This document shows, piece by piece, positions 1 through 11,340 of a stretch of DNA of 64,000 bases (positions within the stretch are counted from its first letter, which is position 1; each line of letters starts with the position of its first letter). The stretch is from Dicyema japonicum. Lineage: Eukaryota > Animalia > Dicyemida. Below the pieces are notes generated by a model. It was not told where the DNA came from, ran no database searches, and was given only the letters and a program-made list of their open reading frames with translations. The position numbers were made by a program, and so were the translations under genes. The DNA lies in the NCBI GenBank assembly GCA_011109175.1, contig RDEW01000012.1, forward strand, positions 1,277,220 through 1,341,219. Reading direction: 5' to 3'.

Positions 1-119
1 GTTTCTTAAAAAATGATTTACTTTTTTATTAACCTCATGTATTATTCTATGCCTGGTCAAGCGAACGTTATTGTTCTGACATATGCGTATTTTATTTAGA
101 ATTTCGGTTTCTTTCGTAT

Positions 120-1000
120 TTTTGTCCTCTTCCTTTTTCTACTATAGTTGCTTCATGTGATTCAGCTGTCTAGTTTTCGTCCAATGTCAGAATGGAAAGA
201 AAAAAAAAGAATTGCTCTCACACATTCGATTCGAGGAATTTTCATAACAACAAAGAATGTAATTATTCAATAGTAGAGTTTTGAATCTATTGTATTTTTC
301 TACGTTGGTTATTGATAAGAAAGACACAAGGCAACACAGCTTATTTCATAGTTGTTGTGATAAATTACCTGTAGATAATTTTCAAGCTTTCTTTGTTATG
401 ACCAAATGACGTACATGAAATGACCTAAAGAAAATTAAGTTTCTGAGATTTTTCGCATTTATACATGTTTTAAAAATAATGATGAAATATCAAACCTGAT
501 TCCTAGTATTTTATAATGGTTAATTCCAAGAACAACACCGTTATTTAGAAACAACGTTGATTTCATTTAAATTGAATATTATTACTAGTTAAACCGTTAT
601 TGAATAATTTTTTTCATTTTGGTCAATGAAAGTAGATATTTTGTCAATATGTTTTTGCTGGAACATATAAGGAAATAACAATATCGTTTGATGTCTTAAC
701 TGATAAATAAAAAGTCCGACACAAGCTGTAATAACTGAGTTATTGTTGTGTTATTTGACGTTCCTGATTTCTGATCTCATTAGAACCGCTCCGAGGTCCT
801 CATGCAGATTTCGCGGTATATGTCTGACTTGAAACTAGCATCGATAACAAACTTGTTCTTGCTAGCTAATAATAGACAGAATTCATGGAATAAAGTGGAG
901 ACATATAGCTATCGCCTCATAAGATACGACATTTTGAGGCTACGTACGAAAAATATCTTATCTTCGATATGGTACAATTCATAGGAGCATCATAAACTCT
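120..1000 (-). mobile_element. Decayed jockey/I-like LINE reverse-transcriptase 3' half (recurs in every array unit; better-preserved homologs at ~34330-35100 + and ~54960-55720 -)
   Basis: Homolog ORF 55237-55494 reads LRINHPNILGVMFDTSFHF...FGHNKESLIIIYRKFIRTTMNNAVAAW, resembling the LINE RT C-terminal KILGVTFD...WG..KE.L..YK.FIRP..YA..W motif. A YADD-like DDIVI remnant lies upstream. Many stops. Confidence 0.7.
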
Positions 1001-1099
1001 ATTAACGAAATCAAACAGAAAATAATTTATGGGAAGAAATAGTCGTTGCTTTTTCTACAGAGCTCAGCTCAAATCGGTAATTAAATCAAGATAGAGACT

Positions 1100-1570
1100 C
1101 TTTGGCCACGTGTTACGTCTAAATTACAAGGTCCATGCAAATTCAAGTATCCAAATCTTTGTTGTATGTTAGATTTGTGTTGCCAGATTTTTATTTTATG
1201 GTCTTGACCCAAGTGGTCTTGTTTCATGTGAATGCTTAGACAAGTGTTGTATAACAGTAAGTTGAAAGCATTGCAAAATTGTATCAGTGACTCTCCATGA
1301 AGGATATGACAATTTCTTCCGTGTGCTCCAATGCACGTTTCCCCTAGTTTGGCTTTTGCAGGCCTGGCGTTCCAGTCCCCGGATACAATAAGAAAGTAAG
1401 AAGATGAGTTGAGTAAAATGCATCCATCTTATCGAGATTTGTTAAGACTCGTGCTCCGGTAGGGAATATAACATTTATAATACACTGAGTTGATTTTATT
1501 TCCGCATTTGATTTGCAGCTCGGGACACGGTAAGATACTGCCCACATTCTTATAAGACATTTAACTGGTC
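1100..1570 (-). mobile_element. Decayed RTE-type APE endonuclease fragment (recurs at ~4920-5380, 8740-9190, 12560-13010; diverged copies ~47490-47860 and 56180-56540)
   Basis: YFLIVAGDWNARPAKAKLGETCIGAHG...HGESLIQFCNAFNLLLYNT matches the GDFNA...IG.HG...NG..L..FC...L...NT pattern of RTE-clade endonucleases. Frameshifted. Confidence 0.75.
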
Positions 1571-2379
1571 CTGATAGATCGCAAATCTGAGACTACAATA
1601 TCGGCAGGCCTATGAGTGTGTAAAAAGGCGAATTTGCGAAACATTTATGTACATTGTACAGTCGCTTTGGCTCATTTAGACAGCATAAAGAGATGTTGTA
1701 TTTTGTTAGATGCATGACAGTTGATGCTTCTTGTAAGGTTGTTTAAGTCCTCTGCAATAAAAAGTTCCAACAATGAACGGAGAAATAAATAACGAAAAAG
1801 AAATAGATATAATGCAATAGAGACGTTTGTCACCCAAATAAGATAATTATTTTAAGTAGAATTTTGACTCTTTTAAATTTTTCCAATGTTTGTTATTGAT
1901 AAGAAAACCAACAGAGCGGAAAATCATAGTTCATGTATTTCTGATAAATTGTATGTCGATAATTAGCGAGCTCTGTTGTTAAGCCCAAATGAAGTAGCTG
2001 GAATGGTCAAAAGATTTTAACCTTCTGAAAATCTTATTGTTCTATGGAGCATGCCTAACATAAAATCAGCAAAAATCTCGGAATAGGCATTTTAGTTTGA
2101 TTCCCAGTGGTTATGTAATATTTTTTATAATATAAATGTTGATTAAATCTACACTTATGGTCTTACAGGACCATATGAATAAGTTGCGATTTCGTAAATA
2201 TAACGTTACTAATAAGTTGAATTAATGGGATATATTTGTTAAATCACTTATTTTTTGAGCAAATTACTTTATAAAATAATTAAGTTCTTAACATTTACAT
2301 TAGCTAAACAAAAACCAATTACAGTTACAAACAAATAACTATTTAATGAGTTAAACTTAAACTATTTGAATTAAAATAG

Positions 2380-2720
2380 TTTTCGCCCAACCAACAGGAA
2401 GCTTTTGACATGAAGATTTTTAAATACAATATTTTCCATCTTTATAAAGTTGTAACTTACTTTCCTTGCTTTTATGACGGTCATGCAAACTGATTCTCAT
2501 TATCAACTACATACAATCAGGATTACTTAAAAAGAAAAAGTGCTTTACACAATCTATAGAAAATTTATCACAACGACAATCACTAACACTTTTCCTGCAC
2601 AAGGTCCATGTTTATCAATAACAAACATCAAAAAATACAAGATTCGAGCTTTTTTGGAAGTCAATAAACAAATCATGTGATTTAAATGTTGAATCTCGAT
2701 GTTGTGCATTCTTGTTGAAG
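2380..2720 (+). mobile_element. Further jockey-like RT relic in the unit, inverted relative to the copies at ~120-1000 and ~1780-2110
   Basis: Plus-strand translation TIYRKFITTTI.NTFPA.GPCLSITN.KKYKIR (ORF 10180-10413 in unit 3) is homologous to IIYRKFIRTTMNNAVAAW on the minus strand. Confidence 0.6.
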
Positions 2721-3160
2721 GTTTCTCATATTTACGATATTGTGGGTTTAACGAGTGACAGCGTAATCAATTAATACGTCACTTGCAATCATATTTTCTA
2801 CGGTGAATCAAATGCTAAATATAGATTAAATAAAAGTAAAAAGTTAAGAACATACGCTAATAACTGTTTTTAATCTAATAATATGTGTGTTCTCGATGAG
2901 TGAAGTTATAAATATTATGCCTTTCTCAGAAAACGCTTTTTTTTATTTGATCTAGGAAAGCATAGCAAATACTAACGATTTCACAAACAAACTCTCATTT
3001 CAAAGAATTTAAGAAGGCAACAAGATCACATGAAGATTGGAAAAATTGTTAGTAAATTTCCAATGTTAGGACTTTTTTGGGCTTCAAATATGGATTAACG
3101 AAATAATTGAATAAAAAATCACAACAAATTAAAAAAGTAATAACAACAGACTTAAATAGA

Positions 3161-3701
3161 TCAATCTACTTTGGAAAGTAGATAATCAATTAACTCTTGG
3201 GGCCATTTTTCTCTCACGAAATCAAGCGTAAACTTCTCTGCATTTCTTGAATTTTGTCTTTAATTTATTTTTTAAAAATTACAATTTAATGTTAAAATAA
3301 AGCATTCCATCTGTTTTATCAAAAGATAAAATTGAAGAAATATCAGTTTTATTGCGTTTTTTAATTATAGTATCCTTCTTTTTGTAATTCATCGATTTAT
3401 TCGTATTATGACTAGAAAATTATTATTTTGAAACTTAGTATGCAAATTTTCTTTAGTTTTAGATCGTGAAATATTCTTTTTTTCTTCAAATTTAGTAACC
3501 AGGCGGATACAGTTCAAATTACAGAGTGGTTCCCATGTGTTTTCTTTGCTTTGATAAATGTATGTTAAATAAACTACCTTGAATAGCCGACCCATTTAAC
3601 AAGATATCTCTTCTCTCCGTTTTTACTAATTTTTGAATCAATTATATCCTCGACCTCGAATTCATCTTCTTTAGAACACTCTTTTTAGATTTAAATGGCA
3701 T
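3161..3701 (-). pseudogene. HP1/Swi6-like gene copy A; +2-nt insertion in exon 1 (real or sequencing error)
   Basis: Same exon/intron structure as intact copy C, but AGAACACTC replaces AGAACTC (plus strand, ~3673-3681), shifting the frame before the chromodomain. Confidence 0.85.
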
Positions 3702-6700
3702 GATAACAACAACAGACTATACGCTTTAATTGATTTATTTTATTTCAGCATTAAATAATTTTTATTATAAATATTATAATTTTTAAATTAATGTTAACTA
3801 CCATAGAATAATTTTATGTTTCTTAAAAATGATTTACTTTTTTATTAACCTTATGTATTATTCTATGCCTGGTCAAGCGAACGTTATTGTTCTGACATAT
3901 GCGTATTTTATTTAGAATTTCGGTTTCTTTCGTATTTTTGTCCTCTTCCTTTTTCTACTATAGTTGCTTCATGTGATTCAGCTGTCTAGTTTTCGTCCAA
4001 TGTCAGAATGGAAAGAAAAAAAAAGAATTGCTCTCACACATTCGATTCGAGGAATTTTCATAACAACAAAGAATGCAATTATTCAATAGTAGAGTTTTGA
4101 ATCTATTGTATTTTTCTACGTTGGTTATTGATAAGAAAGACACAAGGCAACACAGCTTATTTCATAGTTGTTGTGATAAATTACCTGTAGATAATTTTCA
4201 AGCTTTCTTTGTTATGACCAAATGACGTACATGAAATGACCTGGAGAAAATTAAGTTTCTGAGATTTTTCGCATTTATACATGTTTTAAAAATAATGATG
4301 AAATATCAAACCTAACTCCTAGTATTTTATAATGGTTAATTCCAAGAACAACACCGTTATTTAGAAACAACGTTGATTTCATTTAAATTGAATATTATTA
4401 CTAGTTAAACCGTTATTGAATAATTTTTTTTCATTTTGGTCAATGAAAGTAGATTTTTGTCAATATGTTTTTGCTGGAACATATAAGGAAATAACAATAT
4501 CGTTTTGATGTCTTAACTGATAAATAAAAAGTCCGACACAAGCTGTAATAACTGAGTTATTGTTGTGTTATTTGACGTTCCTGATTTCTGATCTCATTAG
4601 AACCGCTCCGAGGTCCTCATGCAAATTTCGCGGTATATGTCTGACTTGAAACTAGCATCGATAACAAACTTGTTCTTGCTAGCTAATAATAGACAGAATT
4701 CATGGAATAAAGTGGAGACATATAGCTATCGCCTCATAAGATACGACATTTTGAGGCTACGTACGAAAAATATCTTATCTTCGATATGGTACAATTCATA
4801 GGAGCATCATAAACTCTATTAACGAAATCAAACAGAAAATAATTTATGGGAAGAAATAGTCGTTGCTTTTCTACAGAGCTCAGCTCAAATCGGTAATTAA
4901 ATCAAGATGGAGACTCTTTGGCCACGTGTTACGTCTAAATTACTAGGTCCATGCAAATTCAAGTATCCAAATCTTTGTTGTATGTTAGATTTGTGTTGCC
5001 AGATTTTTATTTTATGGTGTTAACCCAAGTGGTCTTGTTTCATGTGAGTGCTTAGACAAGTGTTGTATAACAGTAAGTTGAAAGCATTGCAAAATTGTAT
5101 CAGTGACTCTCCATGAAGGATATGACAATTTCTTCCGTGTGCTCCAATGCACGTTTCCCCTAGTTTGGCTTTTGCAGGCCTGGCGTTCCAGTCCCCGGCT
5201 ACAATAAGAAAGTAAGAAGATGTGAGTTGAGTAAAATGCATCCATCTTATCGAGATTTGTTAAGACTCGTGCTCCGGTAGGGCATATACATTTATAATAC
5301 ACTGAGTTGATTTTATTTCCGCATTTGATTTGCAGCACGGGACACGGTAAGATACTGCCCACATTCTTATAAGACATTTAACTGGTCCTGATAGATCGCA
5401 AATCTGAGACTACAATATCGGCAGGCCTATGAGTGTGTAAAAAGGCGGAATTTGCGAAACAGTTATGTACATTGTACAGTCGCTTTTGGCTCATTTAGAC
5501 AGCATAAAGAGATGTTGTATTTTGTTAGATGCATGACAGTTGATGCTTCTTGTAAGGTTGTTTAAGTCCTCTGCAATAAAAAGTTCCAACAATGAACGGA
5601 GAAATAGGTAAGGAAAACGAAAAAGATATAATGCAATAGAGACGTTTGTCACCCAAATAAGATAATTATTTTAAAGTAGAGTTTTGAATCTTTTACATTT
5701 TTCCAACGTTTGTTATTGATAAGAAGAACACCAGATCGGAAAATCATAGTTCATGGTTTTTCTGATAAATTGTATGTCGATAATCATCGAGCCCTTTTTG
5801 TTATGGCCAAATGAAGTAGCTGGAATGGTCAAGAGATTTTAACCTTCTGAGATTCTTATTGTTCTATGGAGCATACCTAACATAAAATCAGCAAAATCTA
5901 GGAATAGGCATCTTAGTATGATTCCCAGTGGTTATGTAATATTTTTTATAATATAAGTGTTGATTTAATCTACACTTATGGTTTTATAGGACCATATGAA
6001 TAAGTTGCGATTTCGTAAATATAACTTTACTAATAAATTGATTTAATCGAATATATTTGTTGAATCACTTACTTTTTTGAGCATATTACTTTATAAAATA
6101 ATTAAGTTCATAAAATTTACATTAGCTAAACAAAATACCAATTACAGTTACAAACAAAAAACTATTTATTGAGTTAAATTTAAACTATTTGAATTAAAAC
6201 AGTTTTCGCCCTACCAACAGGAAGCATTTGACATGAAGATTTTTAAATACAATATTTGCCTATCTTTATAAAGTTGTAACTTACTTTCCTGCTTTTATGA
6301 CGGTCATGCAAACTGATTCTCATTATCAACTACATACAATCAGGATTACTTAAAAAGAAAAAGTGCTTTACACAATCTATAGAAAATTTATCACAACGAC
6401 AATCACCAACACTTTTCCTGCACGGGGTCCATGTTTATCAATAACGAACCTCAAAAAATACAAGATTCGAGCTTTTTTGAAAGACAATAAACAAATCATG
6501 AGATTTAAAAATTGAATCTCAATGTTGTGCATTCATGTTGAAGGTTTCACATATTTACGATATTGTGGGTTTAACGAGTGACAGCGTAATCAATTAATAA
6601 GTCACTTGCAATCATATTTTCTACGGTGAATCAAATGCTAAATATAGATTAAATAAAAGTAAAAAGTTAAGAACATACGCTAATAACTGTTTTTACTCTA

Positions 6701-6985
6701 ATAATATGTGTGTTCTCGATGAGTGAAGTTATAAATATTATGCCTTTCTCAGAAAACGCTTTGATTTTTATTTGATGTAGGAAAGCAAAGCAAATACTAA
6801 CGATTTCACAAACAAACTCTCATTTCAGAGAATTCAAGAAGGCAATAAGATCACATGAAAATTGGAAAAATTGTTAGTAAATTTCCAATGTTAGGACTTT
6901 TTTGGGCTTCAAATATGGATTAACGAAATAATTGAATAAAAAATCACAACAAATTAAAAAAGTAATAACAACCGACTTAAATAGA

Positions 6986-7523
6986 TCAATCTACTTTGGA
7001 AAGTAGATAATCAATTAACTCTTGGGGCCATTTTTCTCTCACGAAATCAAGCGTAAACTTCTCTGCATTTCTTGAATTTTGTCTTTAATTTATTTTTTAA
7101 AAATTACAATTTAATGTTAAAATAAAGCATTCCATCTGTTTTATCAAAAGATAAAATTGAAGAAATATCAGTTTTATTGCGTTTTTTAAGTATAGTATCC
7201 TTCTTTTTGTAATTCATCGATTTATTCGTATTATGACTAGAAAATTATTATTTTGAAACTTAGTATGCAAATTTCTTTAGTTTTAGATCGTGAAATATTC
7301 TTTTTTTCTTCAAATTTAGTAACCAGGCGGATACAGTTCAAATTACAGAGTGGTTCCCATGTGTTTTCTTTGCTTTGATAAATGTATGTTAAATAAACTA
7401 CCTTGAATAGCCGACCCATTTAACAAGATATCTCTTCTCTCCGTTTTTACTAATTTTTGAATCAATTATATCCTCGACCTCGAATTCATCTTCTTTAGAA
7501 CTCTTTTTAGATTTAAATGGCAT
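6986..7523 (-). pseudogene. HP1/Swi6-like gene copy B; 1-nt deletion in the hinge (exon 2)
   Basis: Exon 1 and chromodomain intact. KTKEICIL replaces KTKDNLHT, shifting the frame before the chromoshadow domain. Confidence 0.85.
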
Positions 7524-10500
7524 GATAACAACAACAGACTTTACGCTTTAATTGATTTATTTTATTTCAGCATTAAATAATTTTTATTATAAATATTATA
7601 ATTTTTAAATTAATGTTAACTACCATAGAATAATTTTATGTTTCTTAAAAATGATTTACTTTTTTATTAACCTTATGTATTATTATATGCCGGGTCGAGC
7701 GAATGTTATTGTTCTGACATATGCGTATTTTATTTAGAATTTCAGTTTCATTCGTATTTCTGTCCTTTTCCTTTTTCTACTATAGTTGCTTCATGTGATT
7801 CAACTGTGTAGTTTTCGTCCAATTTCAGAATGGAAAGAAAAAAAAAGAATTGCTCTCACACATTCGATTCGATGAATTTTCATAACGACAAATAATGAAT
7901 TTATTCAATAGTAGAGTTTTGAATTTATTGTATTTTTCTACGTTGGTTATTGATAATGAAGAAACAAGGCAACACAGCTTATTTCATAGTTGTTGTGATA
8001 AATTACCTGTAGATAATTTTCAAGCTTTTTTTGTTATGAGCAAATGACGTACATGAAATGACCTGGAGAAAATTAAGTTGCTGAGATTTTTCGCTTTTAT
8101 ACATGTTTTAAAAATAATGATGAAATATCAAACCTAACTCCTAGTATTTTATAATGGTTAATTCCAAGCACAACACCGTTCTTTAGAAACAACGTTGATT
8201 TCATTTAACTTTAATATTATTACTAGTTATAACGTTATTGAATAATTTTTTTTCATTTTGGTCATGAAAGTAGATTTTTGTCAATATGTTTTTGCTGGAA
8301 CATTCAAGGCAATAACAATATCGTTTGATGTCTTAACTGATAAATAAAAAGTCCGACACAAGACCTAATAACTGAGTTATTGTTGTGGTATTTGATGTTC
8401 CTGATTTCTGATCTCATTGGAACCGCTCGGAAGTCCTCATGCAAATTTAGAGGTTTATGTCTCACTTGAAACTAGCATCGATAACAAACTTGTTTTTGCT
8501 AGCTAATAATAGACAGAATTCATGGAATAAATTGGAATCATATCGCTATCACCTCATAAGATACGACATTTAGAGGCTACGTACGAAAAATATCTTATTT
8601 TCGATATGGTACAATTCAGAGGAGCATCATAAACTCTATTAACGAAATCAAACAAAAAATAATTTATGGGAAAAATAGTCGTTGCTCTTTCAACAGAGCT
8701 CAGCTCAAATCGGTAATTAAATCAAGATGGAGACTCTTTGGCCACGTGTTACGTCTAAATTACTAGGTCCATGCAAATTCAAGTATCCAAATCTGTTGTA
8801 TGTTAGATTTGTGTTGCCAGATTTTTATTTTATGTGTTAACCCAAGTGCTCTTGTTTCATGTGAGTGCTTAGACAAGTGTTGTATAACAGTAAGTTGAAA
8901 GCATTGCAAAATTGTATCAGTGACTCTCCATGAAGGATATGACAATTTCTTCCGTGTGCTCCAATGCACGTTTCCCCTAGTTTGGCTTTTGCAGGCCTGG
9001 CGTTCCAGTCCCCGGCTACAATAAGAAAGTAAGAAGATGTAGTTGAGTAAAATGCATCCATCTTATCGAGATTTGTTAAGACTCGTGCTCCGGTAGGGCA
9101 TATACATTTATAATACACTGAGTTGATTTTATTTCCGCATTTGATTTGCAGCACGGGACACGGTAAGATACTGCCCACATTCTTATAAGACATTTAACTG
9201 GTCCTGATAGATCGCAAATCTGAGACTACAATATCGGCAGGCCTATGAGTGTGTAAAAAGGCGGAATTTGCGAAACAGTTATGTACATTGTACAGTCGCT
9301 TTTGGCTCATTTAGACAGCATAAAGAGATGTTGTATTTTGTTAGATGCATGACAGTTGATGCTTCTTGTAAGGTTGTTTAAGTCCTCTGCAATAAAAAGT
9401 TCCAACAATGAACGGAGAAATAGGTAAGGAAAACGAAAAAGATATAATGCAATAGAGACGTTTGTCACCCAAATAAGATAAATATTTTAAAGTAGAGTTT
9501 TGAATCTTTTACATTTTTCCAACGTTTGTTATTGATAAGAAGAACACCAGACCGGAAAATCATAGTTCATGGTTTTTCTGATAAATTGTATGTCGATAAT
9601 CATCGAGCCCTGTTTGTTATGGCCAAATGAAGTAGCTGGAATGGTCAAGAGATTTTAACCTTCTGAGATTCTTATTGTTCTATGGAGCATACCTAACATA
9701 AAATCAGCAAAATCTCGGAATAGGCATCTTAGTATGATTTCCAGTGGTAATGTAATATTTTTTATAATATAAGTGTTGATTTAATCTTCACTTATGGTGT
9801 TATAGGACCATATGAATAAGTTGCGATTTCGTAAATATAACTTTACTAATAAATTGATTTAATCGAATATATTTGTTGAATCACTTACTTTTTTGAGCAT
9901 ATTACTTTATAAAATAATTAAGTTCATAAAATTTACATTAGCTAAACAAAAAACCAATTACAGTTACAAACAAAAAACTATTTATTGAGTTAAATTTAAA
10001 CTATTTGAATTAAAACAGTTTTCGCCCTACCAACAAGAAGCTTTTGACATGAAGATTTTTAAATACAATATTTTCCTATCTTTATAAAGTTGTAACTTAC
10101 TTTCCTTTCTTTTATGACGGTCATGCAAACTGATTCTCATTATCAACTATATACAATCAGGATTACTTAAAAAGAAAAAGTGCTTTACACAATCTATAGA
10201 AAATTTATCACAACGACAATCATCAACACTTTTCCTGCACGGGGTCCATGTTTATCAATAACGATCCTCAAAAAATACAAGATTCGAGCTTTTTTGGAAG
10301 ACAATAAACAAATCATGGATTTAAAGGTTGAATCTCAATGTTGTGCATTCTTGTTGACAGTTTCACATATTTACGATATTGTGGGTTTAACGAGTGACAG
10401 CGTAATCAATTAATACATCACTTGCAATCATACTTTCTACGGTTAATCAAATGCTAAATATAGATTAAATAAAAGTAAAAAGTTAAGAACATACGCTAAT

Positions 10501-10801
10501 AACTGTTTTTACTCTAATAATATGTGTGTTCTCGATGAGTGAAGTTATAAATATTATCCCTTTCTCAGAAAACGCGTTGATTTTTATTTGATGCAGGAAA
10601 GCAAAACAAATACTAACGATTTCACAAACAAACTCTCATTTCAGAGAATTCAAGAAGGCAATAAGATCACATGAAAATTGGAAAAATTGTTAGTAAATTT
10701 CCAATGTTAGGACTTTTTTGGGCTTCAAATATGGATTAACGAAATCATTGAATAAAAAATCACAACAAATTAAAAAAGTAATAACAACCGACTTAAATAG
10801 A

Positions 10802-11340
10802 TCAATCTACTTTCGAAAGTAGATAATCAATTAACTCTTGGGGCCATTTTTCTCTCACGAAATCAAGCGTAAACTTCTCTGCATTTCTTGAATTTTGTCT
10901 TTAATTTATTTTTTTAAAATTACAATTTAATGTTAAAATAAAGCATTCCATCTGTTTTATCAAAAGATAAAATTGAAGAAATATCAGTTTTATTGCGTTT
11001 TTTAAGTATAGTATCCTTCTTTTTGTAATTCATCGATTTATTCGTATTATGACTAGAAAATTATTATTTTAAAACTTAGTATGCAAATTGTCTTTAGTTT
11101 TAGATCGTGAAATATTCTTTTTTTCTTCAAATTTAGTAACCAGGCGGATACAGTTCAAATTACAGAGTGGTTCCCATGTGTTTTCTTTGCTTTGATAAAT
11201 GTATGTTAAATACACTACCTTGAATAGCCGACCCATTTAACAAGATATCTCTTCTCTCCGTTTTTACTAATTTTTGAATCAATTATATCCTCGACCTCGA
11301 ATTCATCTTCTTTAGAACTCTTTTTAGATTTAAATGGCAT
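10802..11340 (-). CDS. HP1/Swi6-like chromodomain + chromoshadow protein, copy C, intact, 153 aa, introns of 29, 23 and 25 nt
   Basis: Spliced translation: MPFKSKKSSKEDEFEVEDIIDSKISKNGEKRYLVKWVGYSSKENTWEPLCNLNCIRLVTKFEEKK...TDISSILSFDKTDGMLYFNIKLQNSRNAEKFTLDFVREKWPQELIDYLLSKVD*. Aromatic cage F/W/Y and ENTWEP motif present; the C-terminal ...KWPQ.LI.Y resembles a chromoshadow domain. 539-77=462 nt, in frame. Confidence 0.9.

Noticed and set aside
802-984. Repeated 60-aa ORF MQISRYMSDLK.. as a conserved small protein
   Set aside because: It is antisense to the LINE relic, is identical only because the array is young, and is broken in unit 3 and in the older copies.
3389-3595. ORF-track proteins MGRLFKVVYLTYIYQSKENTWEP.. 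(also 7237, 14841, 49711) as standalone genes
   Set aside because: They start out of frame in exon 1 and read through intron 1 of the HP1-like gene. The true start is ~106 nt upstream.
3161-3900. HP1 spread by LINE 3' transduction (the gene lies just downstream of a LINE relic's 3' part)
   Set aside because: All copies retain three introns and have no poly(A) or TSD; copies F and I lack the upstream relic.
4915-4950. Helitron 3' end (hairpin + CTAG) explaining mobility of the unit
   Set aside because: Weak hairpin inside the RTE endonuclease relic, not at a unit boundary, and CTAG is not followed by T.
6255-6275. TAGGGC (minus strand) as a hAT terminus within the array unit
   Set aside because: Only 6 matching bases, it lies in RT-like relic sequence, and no partner end was found.
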